A DNA stretch of 36,494 bases. It comes from Octopus bimaculoides. Lineage: Eukaryota. Of this stretch, positions 1 to 11,938 are shown in pieces. The notes beneath the pieces were generated by a model. It was not told where the DNA came from and searched no databases. It was given only the letters and a program-made list of their open reading frames with translations. Position 1 is the stretch's first letter. Each line of letters starts with the position of its first letter. The DNA lies in the NCBI RefSeq assembly GCF_001194135.2, contig NC_068982.1, forward strand, positions 142,550,664 to 142,587,157, read 5' to 3'. A program made the position numbers and the translations under genes.

Positions 1-396
1 ATATATATATATATATATATATATAAATCAGTATTGCTCTTTGGTGCTGGTATGAATTATTCAACCAAAATATAGTTGCAACCGAAGCTTCGGTTTCCAT
101 TTTCGAAAAATGTTTTAAGCTTAGTCGGTTATCTTTTGGCAAAGGTTCTAATACCTGTGGTGCAAGCTAACGGTTGGGAAGCCTGGCGCTCCTCAACACA
201 CCTAGTACCACAGGCGTTGCCTTAGTTTTTATTACAGTCCATGATTTTTATCTTATCCTCGATGAATCTTGTCAATGCAGACCTAGCATCTAAATTATAT
301 TAGGCATGGCATCTAGTTTTCTTGCATGTAGGAAAGTAAATTATCTGTTTCAGTATGTATAAGAAGGGGAGTGCTGATCATAAAGATATATAATAG

Positions 397-602
397 TTAA
401 GCTTGCCGGAGCATGCTCAGTGTCTTGGTGGCAGACTTCCCAAGTTTTACGCAAAATTTCACAACTTGCGAAAGGAACAGTGCAAGTTGCTCAGGACATT
501 TCCTCATGAAGTTCACTGATAGCTCTCACTACACATGCAACCTTTTGCTGTCATCTGTTATGGAGCGCTACAGAAGTAGTCCAGGAACTTTTCAAACCAC
601 GT
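397..602 (-). mobile_element. Mariner-family DNA transposon, left end plus transposase N-terminus (relic)
   Basis: Minus strand reads cgtggtttgaaaagttcctggact, a mariner-like TIR. It is followed by KFCVKLGKSATKTLSMLRQA*, which matches the mariner N-terminal HTH motif (KFCVKLGKSATET.EML..AYG) and ends in a premature stop. Confidence 0.8.
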
Positions 603-659
603 TTTGATATATATATATATAATTTTGATATAATTTATATATATATATATAATTTGATA

Positions 660-882
660 TATAAGTGTATATAATTTCCCTTTGTTTAACGGTCATTTTC
701 ATAGCATTTTTTTCAATGGCCCGATAACTGAAGAGATGGCGGCGTGGGTTTCTGCCACGACATCCGAAACTCGGAGTTTTATTATGGCTACCAAATAATT
801 GTCACATATTATATTTACAGGTAAATTTCTCTATTTAACCTAATATCGAGGTCTCTTTCATTCTTTTGTTGTCTTACCATTT
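660..882 (+). mobile_element. Penelope-like pLTR / retrozyme-like short element carrying a hammerhead motif
   Basis: About 220 bp of non-coding sequence between (TA)n tracts, containing the hammerhead motif at 723-783. Confidence 0.6.
723..783 (+). ncRNA. Type I hammerhead ribozyme motif (near-canonical)
   Basis: Stem I is GATAA(723-727)/TTATT(779-783). The core is CTGAAGA (728-734). Stem II is extended (GATG..CGTGG/CCACG..CATC). GAAA is at 766-769, stem III is the quasi-palindrome CTCGGAG, and the cleavage triplet is GTT (776-778). Confidence 0.75.
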
Positions 883-2593
883 ATATATATATATATCCAA
901 ACAAACATGTATTCATACTCATGCATATATGTATATAAGTATGTATGTGTTAAAATTTCCACAACGATATTTCTGATCTCAGGACGTTAATCACATGCAT
1001 AATTATGATCTCAAGTCGAAACCAAATCGATTGTTATGCCAATCTTCAAATACTTGGAACTAGCCATTTCATCATGCCTGATAGCCTACATTTCAGAGAA
1101 GTCCTCTGTGTCTAAGACATTTTCAAAGTCACTGTCAACATTATTCTTATAGAGGTATAAATGATATGTATTCTACAAAAACTTATGCACATTCAGTGTA
1201 ATGTAGAATTATGTTTATTATAAGGCATGTGAGTGTGTGTGTAACCGGAAAAATCAATGACTCTATAAAGAACTTCCTTTATCACTCAATAAATTATTAT
1301 TGCAGGTGCTTCAAAAAAGGAAAACAATGAAAAGCGCTCACCGCATGAAAATTTACTTCCATAACGTGTGTGTCAATTTGGCTTTTTGCTTAAGGTTTTC
1401 TTTAAATAATTAGACATTTTAAGATACTCTTCATGTATTGGAAGCATATTGTGAATTTTTTTTAAAGCATTTTAATTATATATATGTGTGTTTGAGTGTG
1501 TGTGTCTGTGTTTATGTGTCTGTATCTTTATGTGTACTTGTCTGTGTATGTGTGTATGTGTACCTGTATCACCATGTATGAGCGTACGTGTGTGTATGTA
1601 TGTGTATACACACTAATGCAAGCGTTATTTTTTAGATTTGATTTTAAAAACATCGCATCCTTCAAAAATAGCGCTAGGTCACATTGTGGTGACATTTAGG
1701 ATTATGTGTGACCGTGTATTTTATACTTCCCGTAGATCGGTCTAGCTTCAATTCACTAATGTACATTGCCAATTATCACTCTTCGCTTCAAAAGAGGCCA
1801 ACACATCATCAGTTTCCTTGCAATCTGTATTCAGGAATATACACGGCTTCTTTTTTTTTTCTTTCTAAAGATAACCTTAAAATTATCCGTTCTCACTGAC
1901 ATTGAAAACTCGGATAATGTCTGTAATATGTACCAAAGTTTTGCTGCTACTTCTGTATTATTATATTATTAGATCGTGCGAATAGGAACACATGGCAAAG
2001 CATTTATCATACACATTATATAATTTGTTTATTTTATCTACAAAAGTTGAATGAATAAAAATATATTCACTCTCACACGTACGTAAATACGCAAACACAA
2101 ATTCAAATTCAGTTGCGCGGGGAGATGTGGATGTAGGTTTGTAGATATGTATGCACATGTTTCTTTGAATCTGTTTGTGTGTCTGTGTGCATATATGTAT
2201 GTGCCTGCATATATGCATATGCCTATGTGCATATATGTATGTGCCTGCTCTGGTTCATGTGTTTATAACGGTGCTTTATACATTTCCGAATTTATACGTT
2301 TTTCCATTTGTATCTATCTTTATATTTACTATCCCGATAGATCTATTCTCCAAACACTACATATGACATAGAGTACGTTCTTGTTTTCACCTACACCCAT
2401 GTGTATAATTTCTTCACCAGTTGCACTTCATGAATATACAATCTTTATTGTTGTGATAATCACCGAACAAATGTTTCATTCATTTTTTATATATAAAAAT
2501 TTACATTCAAATATTTATTAAATTTAGCATATAAGTTCACTCTTACAGCTAAAATAGTATCTGATATAACTTTTTTTACCGACTCGATCTCAC

Positions 2594-2823
2594 CGTTGGA
2601 TAAACTGGTTGACCATTCATCTAGTATAGTGGCAATCCTTTCGCATTCCACAGACCTATGAATTTCCAAATACCAACCTCAGTTAAACAAAGTCTAACAA
2701 AATCGATTCTTTGTATCATAGCCTTCAGTACAATTTCCATTTACCCCGTCGCACACAAAACGGTTGAAACTACACGATTCTATGGAAGATTTGAAATTTG
2801 CGACATAAAATTGGGACACATGC
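2594..2823 (-). pseudogene. Decayed exon encoding about two LDL-receptor class A (LDLa)-like repeats
   Basis: Acceptor ttttccttgcag|G and donor G|GTGAGA. One frame reads SCSFNRFVCDGVNGNCTEGYDTKNRFC*. Restoring one G gives CPNFMC...C......CDG...C...GYD....C with six Cys. A second degenerate repeat (VCGMRKDC..DE) follows, with stops and frameshifts. Confidence 0.5.
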
Positions 2824-2910
2824 CTGCAAGGAAAATTCGTGAAAATATTCAATCATGCCTGAGTTGGCATTCATAATTAAACGAAAAACGTGTTACATTT
2901 GCACTTTCAT

Positions 2911-3077
2911 TTAACCCGTTAGCATTCATGGTTTTGAATTAATCATACATTATCTCCGAGCTCTAAGATGTTCATGTTGGTTTAATTTCAGAATACCATT
3001 ATAGGGTAATCGTCAGAGGCCAAATCTGGCCGGTTTGAACATAAAACAGGTAGACTAGTTATATGTTAAAGAGTTAA
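2911..3077. mobile_element. piggyBac-type MITE
   Basis: TTAA at both ends (2911-2914 and 3074-3077). Imperfect TIRs cccgttagcat / atgttaaagag match at 8 of 11 positions. No coding capacity. Confidence 0.75.
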
Positions 3078-3277
3078 ACATCAAAGTTTTAAACATCAGA
3101 CACTATTTTTCGTACTCAGTACAAGCATTTAAACCTCTGTACACTGCTTTCCACCTCTCTCGCACAATATTTTAGCATCCTCCACTTGTCTAGACCACTA
3201 TATCTCCATCTTTCATCGATATTTATAACTCAGATTTTCGCTTTTATGAGTACATGATATCGTTACTAGACAAGATG

Positions 3278-3343
<66 letters not shown>

Positions 3344-3545
3344 ATATATATATATAAAGTATTGAAATTAAAAATATTGACCAAATTCTGAATAACTTAC
3401 AGTACGAGTATATCTTTTAATCCCAAAGACGAAACATGAACATTACATGAAACAAGGTCAGCTCATTGTAGGTGGCAGCCATGCTTAGCTTATCAGTTGA
3501 ATTGCCTAATAATCATAATCTACACGATTACAAACAGGATTAAAA

Positions 3546-3754
3546 TAGTAAAGATTGTTTGCCAACAAACCAGGACAGTCCTGATTTAGGACGAATGTTG
3601 CTGTAATTTAGCCCCAGGAGACATCGTCTCCAGCTGGCTATACGACACGTTCTGTTTCCTTATATTTTTAAACAAGGGAATCTAGCACCCCCACTCAGCT
3701 CAAAATAAGTAATAATAAGGACGGCCATGTTATGTTGGCAAACAATCTTTACTA
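3546..3754. mobile_element. MITE with perfect 22-bp terminal inverted repeats
   Basis: tagtaaagattgtttgccaaca (3546-3567) is the exact reverse complement of tgttggcaaacaatctttacta (3733-3754). The terminal TA may be a TSD. Several internal hairpins. Confidence 0.85.
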
Positions 3755-3844
3755 CAAAGTACTGTTGCTGAATATCTCTCGTTGTGAGATTTAGAAATAG
3801 TAATTTTCTCGGATAGAACTACTTTGGTCAATCCATTGCAGTAT

Positions 3845-3956
3845 GTTGTTGTTAGCACTCCGTCGGTTACGACGACGAGGGCTCCAGTTGATCCGAAACC
3901 GCGATCCTACGACCGCGAGTCCGCTGCCCAAACCAATGGGCCACTGCGTCTACACT
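3845..3956 (-). mobile_element. Internally deleted tRNA-derived SINE with 10-bp TSD
   Basis: The minus strand has a tRNA-like head (A-box-like TGGCCCATTGG, B-box-like GGTTTCG) fused directly to a 3' end with an (AAC)n tail. Direct repeat attgcagtat at 3835-3844 and 3957-3966. Confidence 0.8.
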
Positions 3957-4419
3957 ATTGCAGTATAAACAAAGACAATGGCGCAAAAAGTTATATCTCT
4001 ATACACAGAATGAGAGGATTCATTTCAGAATAGTTTGTACTCAGCTACAATTTTGCTTGGAGCAAAATTGAAATTAAATGGTCCTTTATTAATTTGTTTT
4101 TGTTTTAGATAGCGTAGCTAAGGTCATGCTAGACCATTGCATTCATGTAATTTGCTTTAGTACATTCCTATTTATTTCCAATTTTGTTCACATGAATAGT
4201 TAAGCATTCACGGGGAAGAGAAAGTAACATAGCAAAATCAAATTTCAGTCGTTCTCATCAACTCGAATGATTTCTGCACGAATAAGAAATACTTGTTACA
4301 TGGTGAAAGTGCGCAAGACGGAAGCTAGAAATTATCAAGCAACAGATAGTCGATATATATGTTTATGTATGTTTATGTATGCATACACATGTGCGCATAC
4401 ATATACACACACATTTATT

Positions 4420-4429
4420 ATCAGTATTA

Positions 4430-4523
<94 letters not shown>

Positions 4524-4525
4524 CA
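4420..4525. repeat. (ATT)n microsatellite
   Basis: Long near-perfect trinucleotide run. It explains the poly-I/L/N ORFs. Confidence 0.95.
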
Positions 4526-5689
4526 TCCTTGTTAATAATAATAATGACAATAATAAAAATAAACGCATACACGTATACATATTCAAAAACGATGTCAATT
4601 TAAAGAAAAAAATATTTATTGCTTTATAGATTATAATCTAATGATGTACGTTTATTCTTCGGTGATTTTCTCCTCATTCTTTCTTTATAATATAATCTCA
4701 ATCTTTGTGGATAGCATTAATCATAATGTAATATTCAAGGGTTTCCTCTTATCAACTTAAGCCTTATGGCTATCCAGATAACATTAATTCATCAAGTAAG
4801 AGGATTTTTTGTAAATGTACGATTCTTTTGGTGATTCTTTCTTCGTTTTCAAAATTTCATTGCATCACATATTTGTGCACACACTCACATACACACACAC
4901 ACACACGAACACACACACATAAGTATGTAATATATATATATATATCTATATATANNNNNNNNNNCTATGTGTGTGTGTATGTGTGTGTATTCTGGTTGGC
5001 CAGGATATACATTAGATAACACTTGATCATGGTACTTGTGTGTCTGTGTTTCTGTGCATGTTTTGTGTTTGTGTCTGTGCCTGTCTGTCTGCTCAAGTAA
5101 TAGGTATTAAAAATATTTTGTCACCTTTTAGCAACTCTTCTTCTCACCATCAAACCTTCATCCATTTTTATTATTTATCCCATGTCTTCTTTCACTTCTT
5201 CTTGTGGTTTTCTTGACATTTTTCACTAATTCTCCATAATTTACGTTGAATACGGTCTTCATTTTCGAACATCTCTATGGCTCACATTTACTTTGCCTAA
5301 TGGCTATAGACAAATATAACTATTTTGTATACTCACATTTGTCTCTTTTCGCCATCCATTTTTAGACTTCCAACGACTAATTTCACTGATTTACTCGCGA
5401 ACGAGAAGGAATAGCTTGCGAACGAGAAGGAATAGCAATCTATAGATATATATTTCCCTCACTTTCTTTTATTGTTTTCATTCAATATTTATCCCCACTT
5501 CTTTTATATTTGATACTGATTTCCTTGAAACAAATTTCTATATAAGACACCAATTGATCTTCACCTCTCGCTCTCAATCCTGCCTACCTATCTTATTTTC
5601 TCTCTTGAAATCACTTTAAATTTTTGTCTTTCACCTTTCGCAGCAGGGACACTGATATCTCCTTTCGCGTTTTATAGTATGATGTAAAG

Positions 5690-5940
5690 GAAACAGCAAA
5701 TACACGAAGCAACACATTATCAAGACTTACTTGTTACAGATATTTGAATGAACACAATCAAGCGTATCGACGAACATAACAACTAGGTTTATTATATTTT
5801 GGTTTGCTATTTATTTTATGAAACCATATTTCCAGAAACTCTATACTCGCGTTAGCTAAAATAAAGGGGTAAAGGATTATATATTAATGTCATACCGGCC
5901 ATGACGAAGGGAAATAGCCCTGAAACTCGAGTCGCCTTTA
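5690..5940 (+). mobile_element. Degenerate Penelope-like 3' end (GIY-YIG C-terminus plus hammerhead)
   Basis: Broken frames KQQIHEATHYQDLLV..FIIF..ETIF resemble the C-terminus of the GIY-YIG ORF at 26932-27321. A hammerhead motif follows. Confidence 0.55.
5897..5936 (+). ncRNA. Minimal type I hammerhead ribozyme motif (one-base core insertion)
   Basis: GGC-C(A)TGACGA-AGGG aaatag CCCT-GAAA-C TCGA G-TC-GCC. It has a palindromic stem III and a GTC cleavage triplet. Confidence 0.7.
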
Positions 5941-6439
5941 TATATTTATATTTATATATTTATATATTTGATCCTTTATATTGACCACTCAATATTTCAT
6001 CTACATTCAATACTTTCTTTCATGGTGCCATCCATTTTTATTTTATATTATATATTGTATATTATATTATATATTGTATATTCCATATTCTATACCCCAC
6101 ATTGGTTCTGCAGGAATATAAATAAAACATAAAAAACAGACAGTGTTGGAACTCTTTTAAACTNNNNNNNNNNNNNNNNNNNNNNNNNNNNNNNNNNNNN
6201 NNNNNNNNNNNNNNNNNNNNNNNNNNNNNNNNNNNNNNNNNNNNNNNNNNNNNNNNNNNNNNNNNNNNNNNNNNNNNNNNNNNNNNNNNNNNNNNNNNNN
6301 NNNNNNNNNNNNNNNNNNNNNNNNNNNNNNNNNNNNNNNNNNNNNNNNNNNNNNNNNNNNNNNNNNNNNATATGTATGTATGTATATATACCACACAAAC
6401 AGTGTTGACCGGATAAAATAGATGTTTACTCCAAGTGAC

Positions 6440-6730
6440 TTGTAACATACTTGAGCAGGAAGTGGTTTTCCCAAACACGCCTCACCACCGGTACACATCA
6501 TACACTGCTGCAAAACGATTGTACATATCCAGCGTACACTTCAGGTTTTCCCCCTTTCATTTTTCTTGCTCTTCTTACGGTAATTTTTTTTTATTACATA
6601 CCAATATTTCGAATATAAAATGTTTATTTTTCCTTTTATTTCACTGCTTAATTATCTGTTTAAAAATTGAACCTAAACGTGGCGAGTTACGACTCGAAGT
6701 GTTATAACTCGGAAATAGGAATCGGTTGGC
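6440..6730 (+). mobile_element. Degenerate Penelope-like 3' end
   Basis: Frameshifted EQEVVFPNT..PVHIIHCCK..LQVFPF resembles a GIY-YIG C-terminus. Downstream is a hammerhead-like scaffold (cgagtta/taactcg, GAAA, TC, aacc/ggtt at 6670-6727) with a decayed core. Confidence 0.4.
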
Positions 6731-6902
6731 ATCCACACAAAGCAGTCCTACATCCGGGTGTTGAAGTCAAAAAGCAGGGCCAGGAAACGAAGAAACATAC
6801 TGTACAGACGCATTAGGCATGTCAGTAATACATTTTCAACAGCTGAAGTAAAATAATGTCAGTCATCAGGACACATGTGTGCTATGGAAATTTAATATTT
6901 GG

Positions 6903-6933
<31 letters not shown>

Positions 6934-7164
6934 TCGTGTGTGTGTGTGTGTGCGTGTGCGTGTGTGTGTGTATGTTTCTGTCTGCCTGTCTGTGTATGTG
7001 TGTCTGTATATACATACATACATATATAGAGACAGGTACATACATACATACATACTGGCTAAACTGGCAAAGAGACCATCCCAAATACAACAATATATAT
7101 NNNNNNNNNNTATATGTATATCCATAGATATATGTGCATACGTGCATCTATATGTATAGATACA

Positions 7165-7410
7165 TATATATATGAGTACAGGACATCAAAAGAACGTTAA
7201 ACACAATGAGAAACGAAAACAGAAAACGAACTTTTTCGAACAACGAAAAAAAAAAACAGATAAACGAGACATGCAACAAAAAGAGTATACCCCTTCGTTA
7301 CTTGTCCCTGTACCATCTACTCCGCGTTTCAAAGGCAAGGACAATACGCGACTTCGTTGGAACAGTTCTTCCCGGAAAGCAAATTAAATAAAATTTGGAA
7401 TTTTTTGCGG
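7165..7410 (-). mobile_element. Short non-coding retroelement end with a decayed hammerhead motif
   Basis: Next to a (TA)n tract. Minus strand 7361-7323 reads CCAACGA-AG...CTTT-GAAA-CG, a hammerhead layout with a mutated core. Confidence 0.4.
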
Positions 7411-7780
7411 AGAGAGAAGAGACAGAAAAACACGTCTTTTCTATACGAAGACAGTGGGTAGAAAGAGAGATCCCCTTCCGTCACGTGTCAGCGACCAAAG
7501 GGTCAAGGAGGAAGAGTGAGAGAGAGAGAGGGAACGGTGAAAGGGAGAGAAGAATAGGGAAATAGACGCTAAATCGTCTAATCACATAGAATATTTTCAC
7601 TTATATTATTACACCACATGTCGAAATATTCTGTTAGCTTCCTTTCCTCGCTTTGACACTAGGTGTAATGATATAAGTGAACATAATTTATGCGTTTAAA
7701 CAATTTAGCGTCTATTTTCAGCATATTGGCAAAGAAACATTTTTTCGATTTGACCTTACTTATAGTTAAATGTGTGTGTG

Positions 7781-7814
<34 letters not shown>

Positions 7815-7835
7815 CGCGTGTGCGTGTGTATTTGT

Positions 7836-8012
7836 AGCTGAAGGATTAAAATCAAAATTAACCAAAGGACACACTAAGTATGTCTACGTGCTGGAAATAA
7901 CAGTCAAAACTCTTATTTAATCGCCAAAATAAGTGTGTTGACTGTTATTATATCCAGCAGGTAGACATACTTAGTATGAACTTTGATTAATTTTAATTTT
8001 ATTTCTTCAGCT
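7836..8012. mobile_element. Foldback/MITE-like long inverted repeat
   Basis: Arms of about 83 bp (agctgaag...actaagtatgtctac.tgctgga..aataacagtcaa..cttattt and its reverse complement) around a loop of about 7 nt (7919-7925). Confidence 0.8.
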
Positions 8013-8172
8013 GTTTAATGCTTTTCGTGGGCCCCAATCGCCTATATTATTGATTCTGTTTTATCATTTTTTTTTAAAGTCATTCCAGATAATAACAAAA
8101 TTAATAATATCTTAGCAAATTAATTTTTCGGGAAATAATTTTTCTCCTGAATCGTTTGCCCTTGTATATATA

Positions 8173-8239
<67 letters not shown>

Positions 8240-8831
8240 GTGTGTGCGTTTGTGCCTGTGTGTACATATACACCCCTACAGACACAGGTATATAAATATA
8301 TATATATATATTTACTCATATAGACACATGTATATAAACACATTTCAGCACAAATATACATAGGTATGGAAATACATTTATATAAACAAACATAACGTCT
8401 GACGAATGATTAAACAAACTTTGAAGTAGAAGTCTAGTGCAACAAGAACGTATTGAAACCCAAACTCCAATATATACAATGTAAACGAACAACAGATTTG
8501 AAATTGTATCACAGGGTAGTGTGAACATATGTTTCGTACTGTATTACACTCGTATATGTTATTCATTTTACAATCATCCGATAACGTAATGAAACAACAA
8601 ATGAAATGCTTGAAACGTTTGAAGATTTTTTACTACATGTTTTCCATTCGCCCACCACACACACACACACTTTTGTATAAGCTTATGTATGATGACGGGG
8701 ACCAAGTTGAATCTTCGAAGTCTCTATCAACATTTTCCTTGTAAAAATTAAGAACTCTACTAAAAAGTATTCTCTAATCCTTCAGTTCACTGTGAAATTG
8801 TTTTTACAGTCTTAGCTACTACACAGAAAAC

Positions 8832-8866
<35 letters not shown>

Positions 8867-8890
8867 CGAATATAAACATGAATAGATACT

Positions 8891-8980
<90 letters not shown>

Positions 8981-9080
8981 GGCGCTGTGTAAGTTTACGA
9001 CAATTCTGTATTCCACTATCGAAGTTCAGGACACTAAGAAAAGTGAGACGTTTGATAAAAAATGAATAACAAACACTAAA

Positions 9081-9670
9081 AACGATGAATTATCGCAAAG
9101 GATAATTCTAGCACCATTGAAGATGAACTGTTGGATAAAATATTATAATCATATTTTAGACAACGAGTTGCTTGAAGCAGTATTGTGAACGTTTGGCTAT
9201 TGGATAAGCAATGTTATATTGCTATAGATACAGAGATGTTTTATAAAACTTGTCGTAAGATATACTATATTCAAAAATATAAGATATTCATATTGTAACA
9301 GATATACATGTTGGAATCACATGTTAAGCTCTGTCACTTCTATTTCCAGTCACACATTAAATATGACAAAGCTTACGATATGTTTATTATTTCCCAAAAG
9401 AATGAAATATTGTTATACACGATTACTATCGACTAGAAATGTGAAGCATTTCTTATTATGTAAAAACATATGTTGCAATTCTGTATATATTCGTTCCTTA
9501 ATTTTAATTTCATCTTTGTAATCTTGCTTCGTATTATGTGAAATTGGCCATATACATGTGGTTCTTAGGGAACCAAGTGGATTTAAACATTGTAGTAAAT
9601 TAAATATTGTCAGACTTAATAATTCGGAATCCGCAACCCATATCATAGTCATATATACTGTCATTTTCTT
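9081..9670 (+). mobile_element. Helitron PIF1-like helicase relic
   Basis: Ordered degenerate motifs ELSQRIILAP..NHIL, HTLN..PKR..TRLL..KHF..VYIRSLILISS, IGHIHVVLREPSGFK and THIIV. These parallel the helicase C-terminus RAILAP / H.L.LK..GLCNGTRL..V.IPRI / HGQLYVALSR / TKNIV. Confidence 0.6.
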
Positions 9671-10380
9671 TTCATTTCTATTCATTTTCATGTACCAGTA
9701 CAACCATATATTTTCAATGTCATTGTAAACGAATTGTTATAGAAAAACGAAATTGTTTAGAAATATTCCAGTAACATTGGTCCAGTCACTTATGACACTC
9801 AATATTTATACACATTATATCATCAATAATCTATGATCAACTCTATGATCATTGCATTGAACTTGGCCATATATGTGTCTTTTCCAACAAATTTGAAAGT
9901 AAATTTAATCCCTATTTACCTATATCATACTTTACATATGTATATTTAGATGTGTGTGTGTGTGAATGTTTGTGTGTGTGTGTGCGTGTGTGTTTGTGTG
10001 TGTGTGTGTGTGTCTGTGTGTGTGTGCGCGCGCGCGCGCAGAAAAATTACAGATTGCTTTTCCTTAATAAACGTCTTGTAATAACTTTGGCAAGAAACAG
10101 AAATGGCTGACGGGAATACTATCAGCATAAGTAAACACACACACATACTCAAACACAAATGCTTGCACACACTTCCACACACACACACAAACGTGCGCAC
10201 ACATGCACATAAATAAACGGACACACGCATACATACACATATATTCTTCAACGAGCTAGTCAACATTTATTGTGTAAAGACGGAGTTCTTTTAGAATAGT
10301 TTTTTTTCTGCAGGTCCATAATCAAAAACGTTTATATAAATATGTGTGTATGTTTATATATGTATGTGTGTGTGTGCGTG

Positions 10381-10411
<31 letters not shown>

Positions 10412-10452
10412 ATTAATGCGAAGTGAAACATATATATTGGTATAGACCTTAC

Positions 10453-10633
10453 TCCTGGTTACAGCCTCGGTCATACTAGGGCAATCAAAGCTCGGTGGCG
10501 TAACAAGCGTAGCAGACTTTTTACATATGATATACATCAAGAGCATATACCAACTGTAACCAATCTTGCACAAGTTGTTGCGAAGAATATAAGTTAGTTA
10601 AATCGATCACAGCTTGACTTAGTTATGTGGTGT
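10453..10633 (-). pseudogene. Possible decayed LDLa-like exon
   Basis: Acceptor gtatttcacag| and donor |GTAAGG. Mixed frames give CISYVK-VC and FDCPSM-E, with stops and frameshifts. Confidence 0.25.
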
Positions 10634-11596
10634 CTGTGAAATACGGATATTTGGAGAAGTTAAAACAAACCCTGCAGGTAAACAAACAGGTGGAAAGAGA
10701 GAATTCTGATAACTGTAGAAGTACAAGCTACAAAAAAAATATTACAAATATAATGATGATGGCGATGATAATAATAATAATAATGATGATGATGATGATG
10801 ATGACGGTGATAATGATGGTGATGATGATGATGACGATGATGAAAATAACAACAGCAACAATAAAAACTGACTTGCGAAAACTAAATGGAGGCGAAGTAA
10901 TATGTAAATGTTATATATAATAGCTAAAAAGATAATAGCCAACACGAAATGTTGTTCGATGGCGCAGCGTTTTTTTTTTTCTGTTTGGAGCAGTTTGGGA
11001 AGGAGAGTGTGTGTGTATGGGCGTGTATATATATATATGCACATACACACACAATATATACACACACACATATATATATATATAAGCATACACACACATA
11101 TGATTGTATATTTAGATATATATAAATATATATCTAATATATACATATATATTTCGGTACATGTATGTGTATATCTGTGAGTGTCTGTCTGTGTTTGTGT
11201 GTGTATCTCTATGTGTGCGTGTATATATGTGTATGCGTACGTACATGTATACATTTATAAGAGTAACTAATGATATTATTCAATAAAACTTTCAACCCAG
11301 TGTTTGCATGTTATTTTCAAATAGGTTTATTTCTATGGAGCTAAAAATGGCAACAAGAAGCGTCTGTGTACAAACTAAATTCTCAAACCGATAATGCTAT
11401 ACACGCTAGCATTGGCTTACAGCTAAAACACCAAAAGAAGATAAAGAAAAAATGAGAGAGCACCAAATTATTGTTTCGTATTTTCATTTCTTATTTTCTT
11501 TTTTTTTTCGTAATTTTAGTTTCCCCACAGGATAAAAAAGAAAATTTGTTTCGGGTTAAACTCATAACATTTAAGTAAAAAGACCAGTTGAATAAA

Positions 11597-11634
<38 letters not shown>

Positions 11635-11895
11635 GCATGTATACATATAGACATATACATAGGTATAGGTGCACGCGGAATGCACGTGACCACAAAGACA
11701 GCAGTGTTAATCAGAAAAAAACAGTTCTACGTTAGAAATGGATACAATGAAATTGTACACGAAATTAAACAAACGTAAAAATCAGCATCTCCCAAAACTA
11801 CATACCAGTATATAAGATTTATCCAGGCCTAATAGAATTACCTATAAAGGTATAAATAGACAGTTGGATACATAGATAATACACACACACGCACG

Positions 11896-11938
<43 letters not shown>

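Noticed and set aside
3120-3225. Possible RTE fragment on the minus strand (GDIVV*TSGGC)
   Set aside because: Too short and degenerate to support.
5397-5436. 21-bp-period tandem duplication
   Set aside because: An ordinary slippage event within an unassigned, decayed region (about 5100-5640).
6820-6873. Minus-strand CTGATGA...GAAA hammerhead-like spacing
   Set aside because: Stem II does not close next to GAAA and stem I is out of register.
7480-7505. E-box GTCACGTG next to a GGGTCA half-site
   Set aside because: Short motifs expected by chance.
8400-8525. Minus-strand peptide resembling a pre-TM1 region of LGR receptors
   Set aside because: Low-complexity hydrophobic similarity, no splice sites, and an order inconsistent with the LDLa exon.
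10446-10677. Plus-strand reading resembling a fucolectin-type domain end (CEIRIFG)
   Set aside because: It needs a stop read-through and a frameshift, and conflicts with the minus-strand interpretation.
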